A stretch of 64,000 bases of DNA from Octopus vulgaris (GCA_951406725.2 OX597814.1:145824001-145888000); one strand, 5' to 3'; shown: positions 1 to 16,050, counted from the stretch's first letter. Translations and numbers: made by a program. The notes: generated by a model not told the origin, from the sequence alone.

Positions 1-1083
1 AAAAGAAAGAAATATATTATGGAGGAAAAGGGGATTTTTAATTGTCTTCGTATAATAAATACACAAGGGACAGAACACTTAAATTATTTCCCGTATTTAT
101 TGTGTAAATATTTAACAGCAATATATTTTCCATTAAAACTATAAATTCGGGTTGTGTTTGTTTTTTTAATTTTAAAATTATATTTCAATTCTGTGTCTTC
201 TGCAAAAATGAAATGGAAATCTATATACATCGTATTTCCATATATATGTAATAATTTACCACAACAGATGTTACAAATTGAAACCGCCCACCTTGGCTTT
301 TCACATAAATACGCACACATACATACACAAGCTAATACATCACAAATTTGAGTTTTACTATTTGTGTATTTACGTGTGTATATGTATGTAGATATATAAG
401 TTTATAGATAAAGGCATTCAAGTATGTAAGTGAAAAGAGAGTGCACAATACTGAAATGAGTGTTTTATATTACATTTCATAGGCAGTTGAAAGTTTCTAA
501 ATTTACTCCTACTTTCACGTTTCAGTACGTCGAGGTCTACGAAAAATGAAATATAAGAAATATGTTTAAACGACATATAGTGGAGATATATCAATATCTA
601 AAGGCGTTTTCATTGGATAAGCTGGTTGTTTGTAATTGTCGTGTGCAAATTACATAAGGGGTTAGAGGGGAAATACACCTTTACGTTACAAAAGTGAAAT
701 TGAGAAATAGTAGAGATGTAGAAGAAATTAATCCTCGTAAAATATATGTGTGTATGTATGCATGCATGTATGTCTGTATGTCTGTATGTGAAGACGTCTA
801 TGTCTGCTCGCGACTAAATGCATACATACACATATGTAAGCATATGTAAGTATACGTTCATACATACATATATACGTACACACACACACACACACACACG
901 TATATATATATATATATATATAGGTATATATGAATATATGTGTATATGAACAAGAGAGGTGGAGCATCAGCACTCTCTTGGTACACAATTACGGTTTCAC
1001 AGATTGGAGCAATGAAAAAAGTCGTACCTTGTTTAAGGAAGCAAATCATCGAAGGATCTTGGAATTAAATTTATGACTTATAT

Positions 1084-1260
1084 GCGTAGGAGTGGATGTG
1101 TGGTAAGTAGCTTGCTTACGAACCACATAGATCCCGGTTCAGACCCACTGCTTGGCACCTTGGGCAAGTGTCTTCTACTAGAGTCTCGGGCCAACCGAAA
1201 CCTTGTGCGTGGATTTGGAATTTGGTAGAGAGAACCTGAAAGAAGTTCGTCGTATATATG

Positions 1261-1323
<63 letters not shown>

Positions 1324-1474
1324 ATAATTGTGTGTGTGTCTGTGTTTGCCCCCCTCCCCCAACGTCGCTTGTTAAGCGATGCTGGTGTGATTACGTCCCC
1401 GTAACTTGGCGGTTCGGCAAAAGAGTACGATAGAAGAAGTATTAGACTAGCAAAGAATAAGTCCTGGAGTCGAT
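1084..1474 (+). mobile_element. tRNA-derived SINE, family A (octopus-type), with internal (TA)/(TG) tract
   Basis: Head GGAGTGG-TGTGTGGTAAGTAGCTTGC...GGTTCAG (A/B-box-like) and body GGCACCTTGGGCAAGTGTCTTC; matches copies at 3.3, 18.4, 22.2 and 60.5 kb. Confidence 0.85.
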
Positions 1475-2299
1475 AGACAAATAGTAGGAAGGTAGGTAGG
1501 TAGGTAGGTAGGTAGGTAGGTAGGTAAGTAGGTAGGTAAGTAGGTAGCCAGGTTGCTAGGTAGATAGGCAGGCACGTAGGTTGGTATGAATATGAGGCAA
1601 GAGTTTAGCACGTCTTTACTGACTTGTTCCAATTGTTTCAGAAACACTCTGTTACTGACGCCATAACACGATAAAGTTGCATGTGAAATGTCACGTCATT
1701 TTAGCAGTTTTGTACATTTATACGTAAGACTGCTAATATTACATAATTTTTTCACACAGACACACATACACGCGCGAACGCAGAAACGAACATAAACTCA
1801 TATATTTAGAAAGAGATAAGTAGATAATTGGTTTATAGAACTAGAAGGAATTATACTCAAATCTTAATACATCAGGGGTTACTGACTGAAGGTGCATGTA
1901 AATCAGTCAGTAGCTATAATAGCATTCTTTTCTTCTACCTACCTCGCTATTTGTATTGCTTTTCGTTCATTACTCGATCTGTTCTGAGGGAAATATATCC
2001 ATACCGACATTTTTGATACCGTTCTCGAAAAACTTTACTTTTGACAAAAATACTACTCAAATCTTATTTTTCACATTGTATATGTAAATTAAATGAATAA
2101 ATTTATTCATTCATGTTTTGTTTTTTTTTCTGTTTTTTTCTTCTCCGGGTTAACTGCTCGAGAATGATTGTAACGAAGTGTAACCCGTTATAGGCAGACA
2201 GGGTAAGGTAGTTTATTTTATTGTAATAAAGGCTTCATTCAATTTTCTTTATAATATCTACAGTGATGTCAACAGTTTTTGCATATTTATCGACTGGAT

Positions 2300-3070
2300 A
2301 TACCCTTCTAAATATAGTTGCATATCTAGACATGCTCATATATACTGAAATGATAAACACCTGGAAAGTTTTACAGATTTTTACTGTTCCAGTGATGGAA
2401 TGGATCTATAGTTTTTGAATTTGCTTTCTCTTTTCTGGTTTCGATAAGCCTAATTTCTCAAGATTGGCGTTTAGGCAGTGTGTTACATATCCGAGCACCC
2501 CAATAATTACAAGTATAAACCTGACTTGTAATCTGGATAGGGTAACTGCAGATTTCTCAACAGTGCAGCCTAGGTATTCTGTTTTTCAATGATCTTCAAC
2601 TTTATGTTAACATCCGCTTAGAAGATAATTAACGCAACTGTACATAGTTTCTCTTCTCTGTCCCAAATCATTATAGCAGGTCTCTTTTATTGAGGCCTTC
2701 ACTATGACATTCCACCGGTACTCCTTTTTATTATGAGTGATTATGGCTTCTAACATATTGTGGGTTCTTATTTCTTTGTCATCGGAATTTTCCTTCTGAC
2801 TGATTTCATTGTAGAGTATCCAAGCTACAACATCATGTCTCATCGGTAGATAATACCATGATGACATATTCTGACAACTGGTTATGATGTGATATCTTCG
2901 ATGCTAATTCCACAAAGTTTGCATCGCTTGTCATATTTTACTAATTTACCTGCATATCTATCCTTTTTGTGCATCAGGTATTTGGTTGATATTTCCTGTT
3001 CCTGGATTGCAAATGCATACCATACAAGGTAGCAGGTAGTAATTCGGCTATTGGTCCATGATAAACTGCT
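2300..3070 (-). mobile_element. Degenerate 3' fragment of an RLE-type non-LTR retrotransposon (R4/Dong-like)
   Basis: Minus-strand peptides FAIQEQEISTKY...RCKLCGISIEDIT (zinc knuckle) and YYLPMRHDVVAWILY (RHD motif), broken by stops; boundaries approximate. Confidence 0.65.
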
Positions 3071-3130
3071 TTGATAAATGTATATATGCATGTATTTATA
3101 TGTATATGTTTTAATTTATCAATCTATCTA

Positions 3131-3165
<35 letters not shown>

Positions 3166-3300
3166 ATCAGACAGATTCAAATTAATGGAAGTGGGAAAAG
3201 GAAGTTTCAGAATTCACATGAGAAGGAAATGCCTACTGAAGAGCGAAGTTTCAGTTGTATCACATACTACAAAATAAAGTGGCAATTTGAAAGAAATATC

Positions 3301-3443
3301 AACTAGCTTGGTAACCAACCACATGGTTACGGGTTCAATCCCACTGCGTGGCACCTTGGGCAAATGTCTTCGACTATAGCCTCAAGCCGACCAAAGACTT
3401 GTGAATGGATTTGGTAGTCGGAAATTGAAAGAAGACCGTCGTG

Positions 3444-3500
<57 letters not shown>

Positions 3501-3730
3501 GTGTGCATGTGTGTGTGTGTGTTTGTGTGTCTGTGTTTCTCCCCACACCATCACTTGAAACCGTAGGATTGTTTACGGCCACGTAACTTAGCAGTTCAGC
3601 AAAAAAAAATACCGATTGTATAAGTACTAGTCTTACAAAGCCCTGGGATCGATTTGTTCGACTAAAGACGGTGCTCCAGCATGACCGCAGTCAGAATAAC
3701 TGAAGCACATACAAGAATAAAAGAATAAAG
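3301..3730 (+). mobile_element. SINE family A, 5'-eroded
   Basis: CCCACTGCGTGGCACCTTGGGCAA...GGTGCTCCAGCATG...AAGAATAAAAGAATAAAG tail; homologous to other copies. Confidence 0.85.
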
Positions 3731-4549
3731 GTAATAAGAAATATGTACTGAGAATTTATTGTTCTAAAACATGGGTTTTCGATTATGCATATGCATGTAT
3801 TTGGCTGTATATGTGTGTTTGTGTGGATCTTTAAACGTGTATGTTGTTGTTGGTCCTAAGTTCATTGCTGGACCTAGGTCTTGAGTCTGGCGATCGATAA
3901 GAATAAAAGTGAGCATCACCAAAAATTTGAGGATAATATAGCTACAACGATAACATCAAACAGGAAACTGTTTTGTTTTACAGGTTTTGCTGCAGTTTCT
4001 AGCATACCAAACGACTACGCACAAGTCTCCTCTGTAGACATATTTTTATTTTGAATTTTCTTGTTTCTTATATACATTTTAAAGCATGATTGTGTATACG
4101 AACGCCTCTGTCTAATTACACATACACTTTTTTGTGATTGGATATCATGTGATGGTGTATATGTATGCCTATAATTATCAATATATTCATATTTCATTTT
4201 ATATATATTGTTGAGCTTAATATTTTTATATGCTTGAATATGATATATTTGTGGTTTGTTTTTTTCTTTTGATATTTTTTTTTTGCACAAGTTTCTGTAT
4301 GTATGAGTGTTTCATTTCATGTTCATAATTTCGATTTTCTATGATTATGTACGTCAGTGTGTATGTGTGCATAAATTCGATTATGTATATCATTAGATAT
4401 GTTTGCGTATCTAACAGTGTGTTGCTGCATATGCAGTAGTTTTCTTCAATAATTTACGTATCACTGCACTATTTACCTTTCTCTTATTCAGAACATACGA
4501 ACTAAAACATTTTATTGTAAATGCAATGCAAGCATGGCTCTCTCTTTCT

Positions 4550-4591
4550 CTCATATACATACATACATACATACATACATACATACATACA

Positions 4592-4627
<36 letters not shown>

Positions 4628-4916
4628 TGTATGTAAATATATATGTATGTATGTGTGTATATATATATGTGTGTGTGTATACTTATATATAATATATATA
4701 TTTATATGTGTATACACATACAGACACATACACATATATTTATATAAACACATGCATACATACGGACATATATATATGCATGCATATATAAATGTATATA
4801 TATCTATATATATATATATTTATACATACACACATATATATATGTCTGTGTATATATTTATATATACACATATACATGCATATATATGTGTGTGTATATA
4901 TCTATATATCTATATG

Positions 4917-4975
<59 letters not shown>

Positions 4976-4976
4976 G

Positions 4977-5010
<34 letters not shown>
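4550..5010. repeat. Compound (CATA)n/(TA)n microsatellite
   Basis: Directly visible; source of the YI/HTYI pseudo-ORFs. Confidence 0.95.
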
Positions 5011-5011
<1 letters not shown>

Positions 5012-6049
5012 TCGAATATAACTATCCATCGATGTATATGTACACAGCTGGTAGCTACATAGAAGTCAAACGTTTTAGTTAAAGGATGAGATAACATTTT
5101 TAAGTAGTAACCAAAAGATGTCTGCAATTAATTGATACAGTTTACCAGTTTGCATAATGATGTACTTCAACTGTTCGCATACACAAGCACAAGCGTCAGT
5201 TAGCATGTCCTGTGTGTGTTTATCGGCATATTAAATCATATGTGAGCATGCATCTTTCTTACATAATGATGTACGCAATTTGAGACCACATACGGATAAA
5301 TTACGCGTAAGAATCGGCATATACATGTGTGTATAAATCTTAACATACACGAACATTTACACATAGACATATATATGTGTGTGTGTGTATGTGTGTATGT
5401 ATGTTTATATGCCATGAGTGTATTCGTCGTTTTGTTTGTCTCTATTCTTTCGATAATAGGTTACCACCAACACGCACAATTACACATACATATTTTTACT
5501 TTGTTCATCATTATAACGAAGGGTATTCGTTTGTTACAAATACCGTAGCTATGCAGTGTAACAACGGCTGATGTTTCGTAATTGATTTGAAAGTCAAAAT
5601 ATATGGAAGCCAAATACAATTACGATGTGATTTTTTAAAAAAAAAACCTAAGCGAAAAAAAAAATCGCTAAATTTTCAAAAACGTAAGATGAACGATTAA
5701 GTTTATTTGAGATTTTTTCTCTTTTCGTTTACAACATAACTACATTGTTTGATGAAACGAAGGAAACCGGTATCATAGTTTGATAGAAATGTAAATAAAA
5801 GTTAAGAGTAGATATATCATACTGAAGTGATTACCAAATTTATGCATCTAATAATTGATGAATATCGGATTTGCATTGTGACGTGTGTAGTGTGACAACA
5901 ACGACAGTATCGCACATATAAAAATATGCTTATAGGGTTATGTTCTAACTTAAATATGTAGATACATGCTTTTATATATTTATGAAGGTAGTTTGAATAC
6001 ACGCAAAAATACACACATAAAACACGAGTTCAGATGTGAGCATATGAAC

Positions 6050-6530
6050 ACAGGGTACATCAGCAATTTGACTACAGAACATTTCAGAAACATAAGTGAC
6101 CCAAACTTTAAATAAATAGCCCTTCGCTTTTTTTTCAGACGCAATATAGAAGTTTCGAATCTATCGCAGACGAAGAAAAGATATCTCGTTCACGTCGTCT
6201 TAACCACCAACTAGTGATTCTGGGATTGCAAACTTCATAAATGCCGTCATTTCAGAACAAAGAAAAATGTGTTCTTGAGATTTCGCTTGCGCTCAGCAAG
6301 TCCAGGGCAACGAGAATATACTAGGATCTCGGCACGTTAATGGAGACCATAGCCAATCATCTAAATGTGCCGGCGCCAAAATCTTATTTTATGAGCAGAG
6401 CGCGGTTCGTGTCACATGAGACCAGGGGAAATTCTCTGATCCTGTCGAAGCGCTGGCTGAACTAACTCAAACACCTCGAAGATCAAAGTGTCTGGCTTGC
6501 TGTTGTTCTTCTCAGATGAAAATCTTTGTT
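6050..6530 (+). mobile_element. Degenerate Tc1/mariner-like transposase remnant
   Basis: TTCTTCTCAGATGAAAAT near 6507-6524 encodes FFSDEN, resembling the first catalytic-D motif; upstream frame is broken. Confidence 0.4.
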
Positions 6531-9500
6531 ACTAAATCCCTCTCTCTGCCTTGTTACACAGCCTAACAATTCCAAAAGTTGGTAACGACCTGCACGTGGC
6601 ATTGTCCTACCTTCTTTGGAAGAGGAGATAATTCAATAACTTAATAATTGATCATTTATGTTAGTTGTTATACTTTTATTCATCTTCCCTGTTCAAATAC
6701 ATGACACTAGCCACTCTGAAAAATCTCTCCATCTCTCTTGGCTTAATTTTGTGTTATTTATGCAAAGTTACCTGTATCATTAATACTTTTAATTCTTTTT
6801 TGTATATATCTGAAAGAAAATTATTGTGATCAATATGATTACCCAAAAACCCTTAAATGTAGCACATATAAATGTCGCACGTATTGTGAGAGGAAAGTGA
6901 AGAATGAAAATTAAGGTCTAAGATCTAATTTTTAACTCTTGAAGCATCTCATATCAGAATATCATGTTTATTTTAAACCATGTAGTGTAGTCTATTATTC
7001 CATCTGTTTATCGCGTCTGTTAACACATGAGATTTATACTATAATAACATTATACTATACTGAATGGTATGAATTATGCAATATTGCAATTTTCCACATT
7101 CTGCAAGGTAATAAACAATGAGTGTTTGATTTCACAGTCAAACTGAAACTTACATAAATGTGTATAACCTACTCTCTAACGATATGAAGACAATGTGTAT
7201 GATCAGATTTTTATACAACCTAACAATATAAATTTCTAGGATTGGAAGTAACCATTCAATGTAAACCATAATATATGTAACAATATGGACAAGTTAAACA
7301 TTTTCAGATGTGTAAAATAAAACAACAAAAATTATCAACTCTGTATATTGCATAACAAACATGAAATGTTATGTGACATAACTTACTGAGTGAATCATAA
7401 GACTTGTTTGAAACAAACTGCGAATTATCGAATATCCAAAATATCTAACAATGAATAATCAATTTTGAAATACACTACACTACATATGCTCATGTATTGC
7501 ACATGAAAATGCATTATCATATTTCTGGGCAAAAATTACAAAACAAAAGAAATACTGGTTAACTAGATGCATAACATACTTTAAAATATGAGGCATTATT
7601 AGATTTATGTCAACTTATAATGTTTAGGTCACTTTATGAATTATGAAAATGGAAAACATATCGGAAGGAAACTGATCAGATGTGTATTTAACTTACAATG
7701 TGAAACATCAGATGTGTAAGAAGATTTTGTATGAAAATCATTAAATATTTTACTTGCCTATGTACATTATCAGACATATAATATACATCACAACGCATGA
7801 ATCAGATCTATCTAATTCAAAATAATTCTCAAGTAGGTCTCCGTATAGGTGAAAAGAGATTCTTACCTTATAAAATATGAAGACACAAACCAGAACGTTC
7901 CACCCTAAAAACTACTGAATATAGAAACGAATCTCTTTATTAGATCTCTCGGTCTTAAATGAAATATATACAATCATTCTTTTCATTCACCTTTTTCCCT
8001 GTCGTATTCTAGTCAACACGCAATCAACGTTTCCATTAATAAATTGGAAAGCACATATGTCTGAAGGAATTCGAGATTTTACGAATAAATCATCAATGCC
8101 TTGAAAAGAATAGCCACTTTATCAATTTTATTTCCAATAGTAGGGCAACAAACATTCTTCCTCTAGATGCAACCAGAAGCATTTGAAAACCGCCCATTAC
8201 AAAAGCCCTCTTGCGATTAGATATGACGATGCTTTCATCCACTAGTAAACTATCGTATGCTGCTTTCCCTAACAATCTCATTGCTAGACAATAATGTATG
8301 CAGATATTTTCACTTATTAAAGAAGCATTTATGATAAATAATGAAATCAGTTAAAAGTTAATAACTATTTTCTACTTACTAATCTAATTTTGAAAAACAA
8401 ATTAATCTCACGAATGAAATACTTCTCATTTAAGTATTTATTTGGTCTCTATAGTCATCTCTTCATCTCCGTGGTTTCTCTTTTGTTTACATGTTCTACT
8501 TTTTGTAGGAATGAGTTTATTTAGTATATCTTTGGCGTAGAGATAGCTTTCATCAATGATTATTATGTAAATCATTTTTACACATACAGTTAAAAACCTT
8601 CACATTTTGTCCAGTGATTATCTGAACGTATTATTACTCACACAATAACGTGCAAAGTAAAAATATCACAAATTTGCGACTTTTCAAAACTTCCCAAGAA
8701 ATTGACTTAGCTTTCATTATCTGCTGGAAAAGCTATACATTGTTAAAGATAAAGTTCTTGTAGCGCCCATCAATAGAAGTGAAATTTAAACACAATGAAA
8801 TCTTATTTGAAACAATTAAACCTTGATACTTCCCGACCGTCAATCTCGATTCATTAAACCATAACGACTTGTCGCTTTAAATAGTGCTCTGTAAAAACAC
8901 GAAATTATCTTATAGTATTATCTTCGCGAAAAAATTTTGTTACATACATTATCATGTCTCAATTGTTTGTTTTTAATCCATTAAAATTTAAATAGTGAAA
9001 ATAGTTTAACATTGTTCACACAATTATAGTAATAACCGGGATGAGGTTTATTGAATAAGTACGTTTTACCAAAAACTAAAAGTTTTGATCAATAGTCTAT
9101 AGCAAGCCTTATGGTCACAAACAGTGGTTACACTCATATTTTTGGCCTCAACCCCAGGCGATCATAATCTACGTTGATGCCCACTGTTTTAAGCATATTA
9201 CTATATGGAACTTCTAAATTTTAAATCAGTTTAATTTATTCTAAACCACGGCGATAAAATTTTCAGAAACATTGAGAATTTATTGGAAAAATAATATAAT
9301 GTCTGATTCTCATGAAACACAAATTCATATTTTATTCAGAGAGTATGATATAAGAGATAGACAGACGATTGTTAATGGCATCAATGCATTTATAAATTGG
9401 GTTTACAGTTGTGAGGAATAAAAACAATTAAGCATAAAAAAGAAAACAATAGTAAAATGGAAGTCCATAGCAGTCCTTAAGTGATAGGTGGATATCTTGC

Positions 9501-10764
9501 TAGTGAAGAACAAAAATGAAGGCTTGTCTGAATTCGTCTCTTTTTTATCTATGATACTGCAGCGTTAATTTTCCAGATATCAACTTAAATTACTATGCAC
9601 TTTCGATTTCATGTTTATTTCCCTTCTCTTTGTGTTTAATTATATTTTGTACTCATTTCTGTATAACTAATTTTTAAATGCTTTTATTGTCTTTTGATTT
9701 ATTATACTTTCTTTAGCTTAACTGCCCCATTTCCTAGAGGTATTACTTGTTTGCCTTGATTCCGTCATATTGTTTGACGTTGGTTTTTACGTATTTGTTC
9801 CGGACTGAGCACTAATTTTCTATCTATTATTTAGCTTTTGACGAATATCATGCAGAAAGAATATATTTAATGCAGTACTGAAATGATATATACAATAGTG
9901 AACTGAAAACAAATGAAACACTAGTATATTGGCTTGTTTAAGTTAGCTATAGATATGTTGGTACGCTTAAAAATTTATTACTTATACATGCACCAAAAAT
10001 TTGAAATTTGCTCCGTTGAGTTATAATATCAGTTTTCATTATCATTGAATGATTCCAATATTTGCATGCTTTACCTTTGAGTATACGCTATAAGATTTCT
10101 TTTCCAAACACGTTAGAAAAGGTGCATAAAACGGAAATCGAATGCAATAATTTCCGTTATTTTTAGTATTTTATTACGTAATGCATGAAAGGGAAAACTA
10201 GTGCGGAAGAATTATCTTCCTTGGAATTGTATGGAACTGCACTCACTTAATGCAGGATTTACCCATAGAAAAATGCAAGTAAAAGAGACAAACGGGACTT
10301 AATATAGTTATTAGAGATATCCAATACCTGAAAACATAGCCTTGTGCTTTTTTTTTCAATGCAAGCAGGCCATTCCAGTAAATCATTATGTGTATACATG
10401 CGCTCGCATGTGCAACATGACATGTAAAATCAAGTACAACATCACTATTCAATTCTATGTACATTCATGCTTCTATTGATTGCATCGTTATAACATTATG
10501 ATTCAGATTTTGATATTTCTAAAACATTCTTTTTCGCTGGATCCAATTCTGTTATTTTCAGGTATTGCAATATAACGTATTTCATTCAATATTGCCTTCC
10601 TCTCTCTCCTTCCATTTCATTTAATCTGGCTCGGTGGAAAATAAAATAAAAACGTCCCTGCAATAAACAAGAATCGAATCAATTAAGAGAAAAATTTTGC
10701 AACATTTACTTAAAAGGAATACATGTGAATGTTGGCTTCCAGTAATATCATTATTATTAACAAA

Positions 10765-11757
10765 CGCTGTGGACTGGCGGAATAGTTAGAGCGTTGGACA
10801 AAATGTTTGGCGGCATTCCTTACGGCTCTGAACATTCAGAGTTCAAATCCACCGAGGCCAATTTTGCCTTTTATACTTACGTGTTGATTAATATAAGGTA
10901 TTATATTTGCAGGCCGTATGCCAAAATTTGAAACAATTACAAAACGGGCAGCTAGTACAATCGTAAGTGAGGTGGACGCAATGATTAGTGGCACTTCTTC
11001 TGGTTCTATGTTATGCGTTCAAATATTGCCGAGGTTAGCTTCGCCTTTCATCACTTCGGTGTCGATAAAATAACTGACACTTGAAAATTGCCGCGCATAT
11101 AATCAACTTGCTTCTACCATCTGTCAAAATTTGAAACAGTTACTATTATTACCTTCAAAGGCTGTGGATTGGAGGAAATATCATGGCATTAAACAAAAGG
11201 TTTAGCAGAATTTCTTCCGACTCTTTACGTTATGATTTCAAATTCTGCCGGAGTCGACTTTGCCTTTTATTACTTACAATTCCATATAATAGGATCTATG
11301 TAATCGACGAACTCCATCTCCATAAAACTACTGACTATGCGCCAAAATTTGAATTAAATATTGTTATTAATTAATGATGTGGATTGGCAAAATCGTCAGA
11401 ATCAGTAAAAATGTCGAGTGGTATTTATTTTATTTACTTAAGTTTTAAGATACAAAAGCACCAGCTACTCACCTGGACTCAAAATTGCTGGACAGTGACG
11501 AAATAAGACAGAACCATCATTTATATTACTATTATTTTACTGGTCCTAAGGCGGCGAGCTGACAGATTTGTTAGCACCCAGGGTAAAATGCTTCGCGGCA
11601 ATTCTTCCGTCTTTACGTTCTGAGTTCAAATTCTGCCAAAATCGACTTTTCCTTTCAGCGTCGTTAAAATAAGCGCTAGTTGAAAACTGGGGTCGATGTA
11701 ATTGACTTAGCTTTCTCCCAAACTCTGCTGGCCTTGTGCCAAAAATTGAAACCATTA
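10765..11757 (+). mobile_element. Head-to-tail cluster of about five degenerate family B SINEs
   Basis: Recurrent TGGC(A/G)GAAT-GTTAG...GTTCAAAT...TTTGCCTTT...CCAAAATTTGAAAC units at about 200-bp spacing; best copy 11547-11757. Confidence 0.7.
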
Positions 11758-12332
11758 ATGTAGTGATCCTTTTACCTCCTCGGAGTCCTTTTAATTCGCA
11801 ACTGTTTACCACATCTTTTTAATTTGGTAAAGGAAGCAGGATTCCATGTGATGATACGCATCTACATTATATAGGCGTGACAGCCAACAATTCTACGGCA
11901 TTATACGCGCAACACAAAAATTCGAAGATAATCCGAACGACATCTCCAACAATGAGTATATCTGAACATTTTAAAAGCTTTCTCTGGATTATCGTTTCTA
12001 ATTTAAGCAATTACAATCTGGTTATTTCTATTTGTTTTTGTTTTTTTAATATTTTAGTAAAATTCTTTCTTTATTAAAATAGATTCTTCTTGAATTGATA
12101 CATCGACTGTGTTACATTTCTTTTTCGTGTTGTCGTTGATTGATATATCTGACGATTCTTCTTCATCTCCTAGAGTTTGAAAAAATATGATGTATTTTCA
12201 TTTTTTACCATTATTTGTGAAGATAGAAATTGTTAGTTTGTGCTTTTCCCTTTATCTCGATATTTTATAATGCTGATATAATTTTCAATATAAGACAGCT
12301 GCAGCTTAGTTGTGCGGATGTCTGGCTGTCTG

Positions 12333-12386
<54 letters not shown>

Positions 12387-12834
12387 CATCACTCTGTTTT
12401 TCTGTATGTATATATGTATGTATATGCATAATATTTCTGCCACTACTATTAACGATTGTGGAATCGTTCCATCATCGGTAAACTTATTTTAATATATTTT
12501 TACGTATATTTACACAAGTTCAAAACCAGTGAGACAAGTTTGTATTCAAACAAGTACTGACATCAATGAAATCAACTAACATACTTTTGATAAAATTGCT
12601 GGCCTTGTACCAAATCTAGAAACAATTATTTAGAAAGCTGTGTTGGCAAAATCGGCTATAACTTGTTACAATTCTCTATGCTCTGAATGTAAATCCCGTC
12701 AATAACAGAAAGACGTACTATATTGGGATCGATATAATCTGTTATCCTCCTTTTCAAATTTCCAGGCCTTTTGTCTATAATGGGAATATTTTAGGGGGTT
12801 TATATTGGATCCAAATTTTTGCACAAAGGAGGGC

Positions 12835-13008
12835 CAAAGTCGATTTAATCGACCCCAGTCTTCAACTGGTACTTATTTTATCGATCCCAAGAGGGATGAC
12901 AGACGAAGCCGTTCTTCGCGGGATCTGAACTCAGAACGAGATGACGTGCGAAATGACGCTAAGCGTTTTTGCTCGGTGTGCTAACGATTCTGCTAGCTCG
13001 TCGCCTTA
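12835..13008 (-). mobile_element. SINE family B
   Basis: Reverse complement of the 14028 copy (GCTAACGATTCTGCTAGCTCGTCGCCTTAA end). Confidence 0.8.
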
Positions 13009-13064
13009 AAAGACAAAGACCTATACAACTGGGCACCAGTGACTTCCCAACTCAGTTCTACAGC

Positions 13065-13193
13065 TGAATCAGCTGGAGCAACGTGAAATTATGTGTCTTG
13101 CTCAAGAACTTAACACAGAGTCGCGTTCGAGAATTGAACTCACATCCTCATGATTGTAAATCCCAAACCCGAACCACTGAGCCATGCCCCTTC
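13065..13193 (-). mobile_element. CORE-type SINE fragment, family C
   Basis: CTGGAGCAACGTGAAAT...GTGTCTTGCTCAAGAAC...AACCACTGAGCCATG; related to 17497-17606 and 34100-34165. Confidence 0.55.
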
Positions 13194-14027
13194 ATATCTC
13201 TCTTTTTTGTTAGTAATATTATACATTATATTTCATGGTTGAGTAATATATCGAGAGTTACGTTCCTTTGAAAACAATTAAGAGCGTCTGAGAGCGTATG
13301 TATAAATATGTTGAATTACAATAGATGCTGTACAAAAATATATCAACAATATTTACAAGGTATATATTTGCTATTTGCACACTCTGGAACATCCGTATGT
13401 CTATTTGTATAGGAAATATGACAATAAATTTAAGGAAATAGATGTTTCAATCCAGTCAAACCTACTACAACTTGTATGAAAGCCTCGTCACTTACTGCCG
13501 TAGTGTTTCAGTTCAGCATTTAACACAGTAGAATTTCTAAGATTTCCGTCTGGATTCTTGACAATATTACGTGCTAATTGACTGTCAGACTATGCTAACC
13601 ATTGAAATAATGTTTACATTGTTATTCTATAAAACAGCGATATACATTTGATGGTTTTCACATATATTGTACAGTACGTGTTGTTTTGAGAATTGCATTC
13701 TCAGGAAATTTGATATACTATATCGTTATATGATATTTTACGTCGCTGGCATGGCAAGTCATTCACTCCCTCAAGTTAGTTTCTTTATCATCCATATCGC
13801 TCTACACACGTAGTTTTACCTTTATATGTACTCTAATACTTGCACCTATGTTACCCTTTTTTCTTTTTTTTTTCTATTTAAATGTTAAAATCATGCGATC
13901 GTCTTGCTAGTTCGCTTCATAGGGTTTTCACTGTCTTCAAATTCTTGTTTAGTTTACACGAAATTTTCATGTCATTTTTATACTATTTGTTTATAGACTT
14001 CTGGGGTCGATAAATGTCTAGATTGCT

Positions 14028-14260
14028 TAAGGCGGCGAGCTGGCAGAAATTTTAACACGCCGGGCGAAATGCGTAGCCGTATTTCGTCTGCATTTACGTT
14101 CTGAGTTCAAATTCCGCCGATGTCGACTTTGCCTTTCATCCTTTCTGGGTCGATAAATTAAGTACCAGTTACGCACTGGGGTCGATGTAATCGACTTCAT
14201 CCGTTTGTCTGTCCTTGTTTGTCCCCTCTGTGTTTAGCACCTTGTGGGTAGTAAAGAAAA
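14028..14260 (+). mobile_element. Full-length SINE family B with 16-bp target-site duplication
   Basis: GGCGGCGAGCTGGCAGAA...GAGTTCAAATTCC (B box); AAATGTCTAGATTGCT flanks both sides (14012-14027 and 14261-14276). Confidence 0.92.
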
Positions 14261-14616
14261 AAATGTCTAGATTGCTAGCTTAGCAGGTGTTAGTGTCATA
14301 TAGTGTAAACTGTGATATTTAGTGGCCTTGACACGTTACATTTAGAGTTCAATTTCCCGCATGGTGTACATGCCACGGTTTAACACCAACATCTGTTCCT
14401 TGGGTTCCTTTAGCGGAGTCTACAGTATTACATGTATTTGGACTCGTTTGTCCTCTTAACTAAACGATAAAAAATATAGACTACCAAGTTAGGAATCATT
14501 CGGGGCATATGTTATGTAATATATGCAGAGGAGATGAAAGATAAGCGATTATTTTCAGTCTATCTGTCTGTATGTCTCTCTTTACGTACATACATACATA
14601 CACACTTGCACACAAA

Positions 14617-14647
<31 letters not shown>

Positions 14648-15031
14648 GCGCATGCACAAACACGCGTGCATACAAAAAGTTATACATGAAAATATTTTGA
14701 TGGACTTTTTTCACAATAATAAAAATCCTAATATTACGACAAATTGTTTCATAACGCAAAAATAAAAACGCAAATGGTTCATATTATCATACGTAATAAT
14801 AAATAATTTTTTTAGATGTCTGCACTGATGTGAAATGCAAATAATTCGTTCAAAATAATGCAGAATTTGAGCTATATCATCTTGTATATTGCTATATATT
14901 TTATATGGTTTATAAAATGACACATTAATGAGCAATTTTAATGAGTACTACTGGAGTACTTGAAACCATATATTGTGACTGAACTACTGACTATGCACCA
15001 AAGTACATACATACCTATCTACATACATACA

Positions 15032-15098
<67 letters not shown>

Positions 15099-15315
15099 TA
15101 ATAAAACGAATGTTTTACTGGTAAAGCACGATCATTTTTACAGTGTTCATTATGTATATAGTAAATGAAAGACGGAAGATGGAATATATACGAGAATTTA
15201 TTATTAATCACGAAAATCGTTTCAACACATCTAGTATTGATGCATCACGGGTAGGACACTTAACAACTGGCTCAGGAGCATCTAGTGCTGCATATGTGTC
15301 TCGCATTTTTATAAT

Positions 15316-16050
<735 letters not shown>

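Noticed and set aside
1084-1160. tRNA gene calls at SINE heads
   Set aside because: A/B-box-like motifs continue into multi-copy SINE bodies and no cloverleaf is evident.
4521-5127. Long YI/CV/HT-rich ORFs here and throughout (e.g. 24120-24482, 49060-49647)
   Set aside because: Translations of dinucleotide and tetranucleotide microsatellites.
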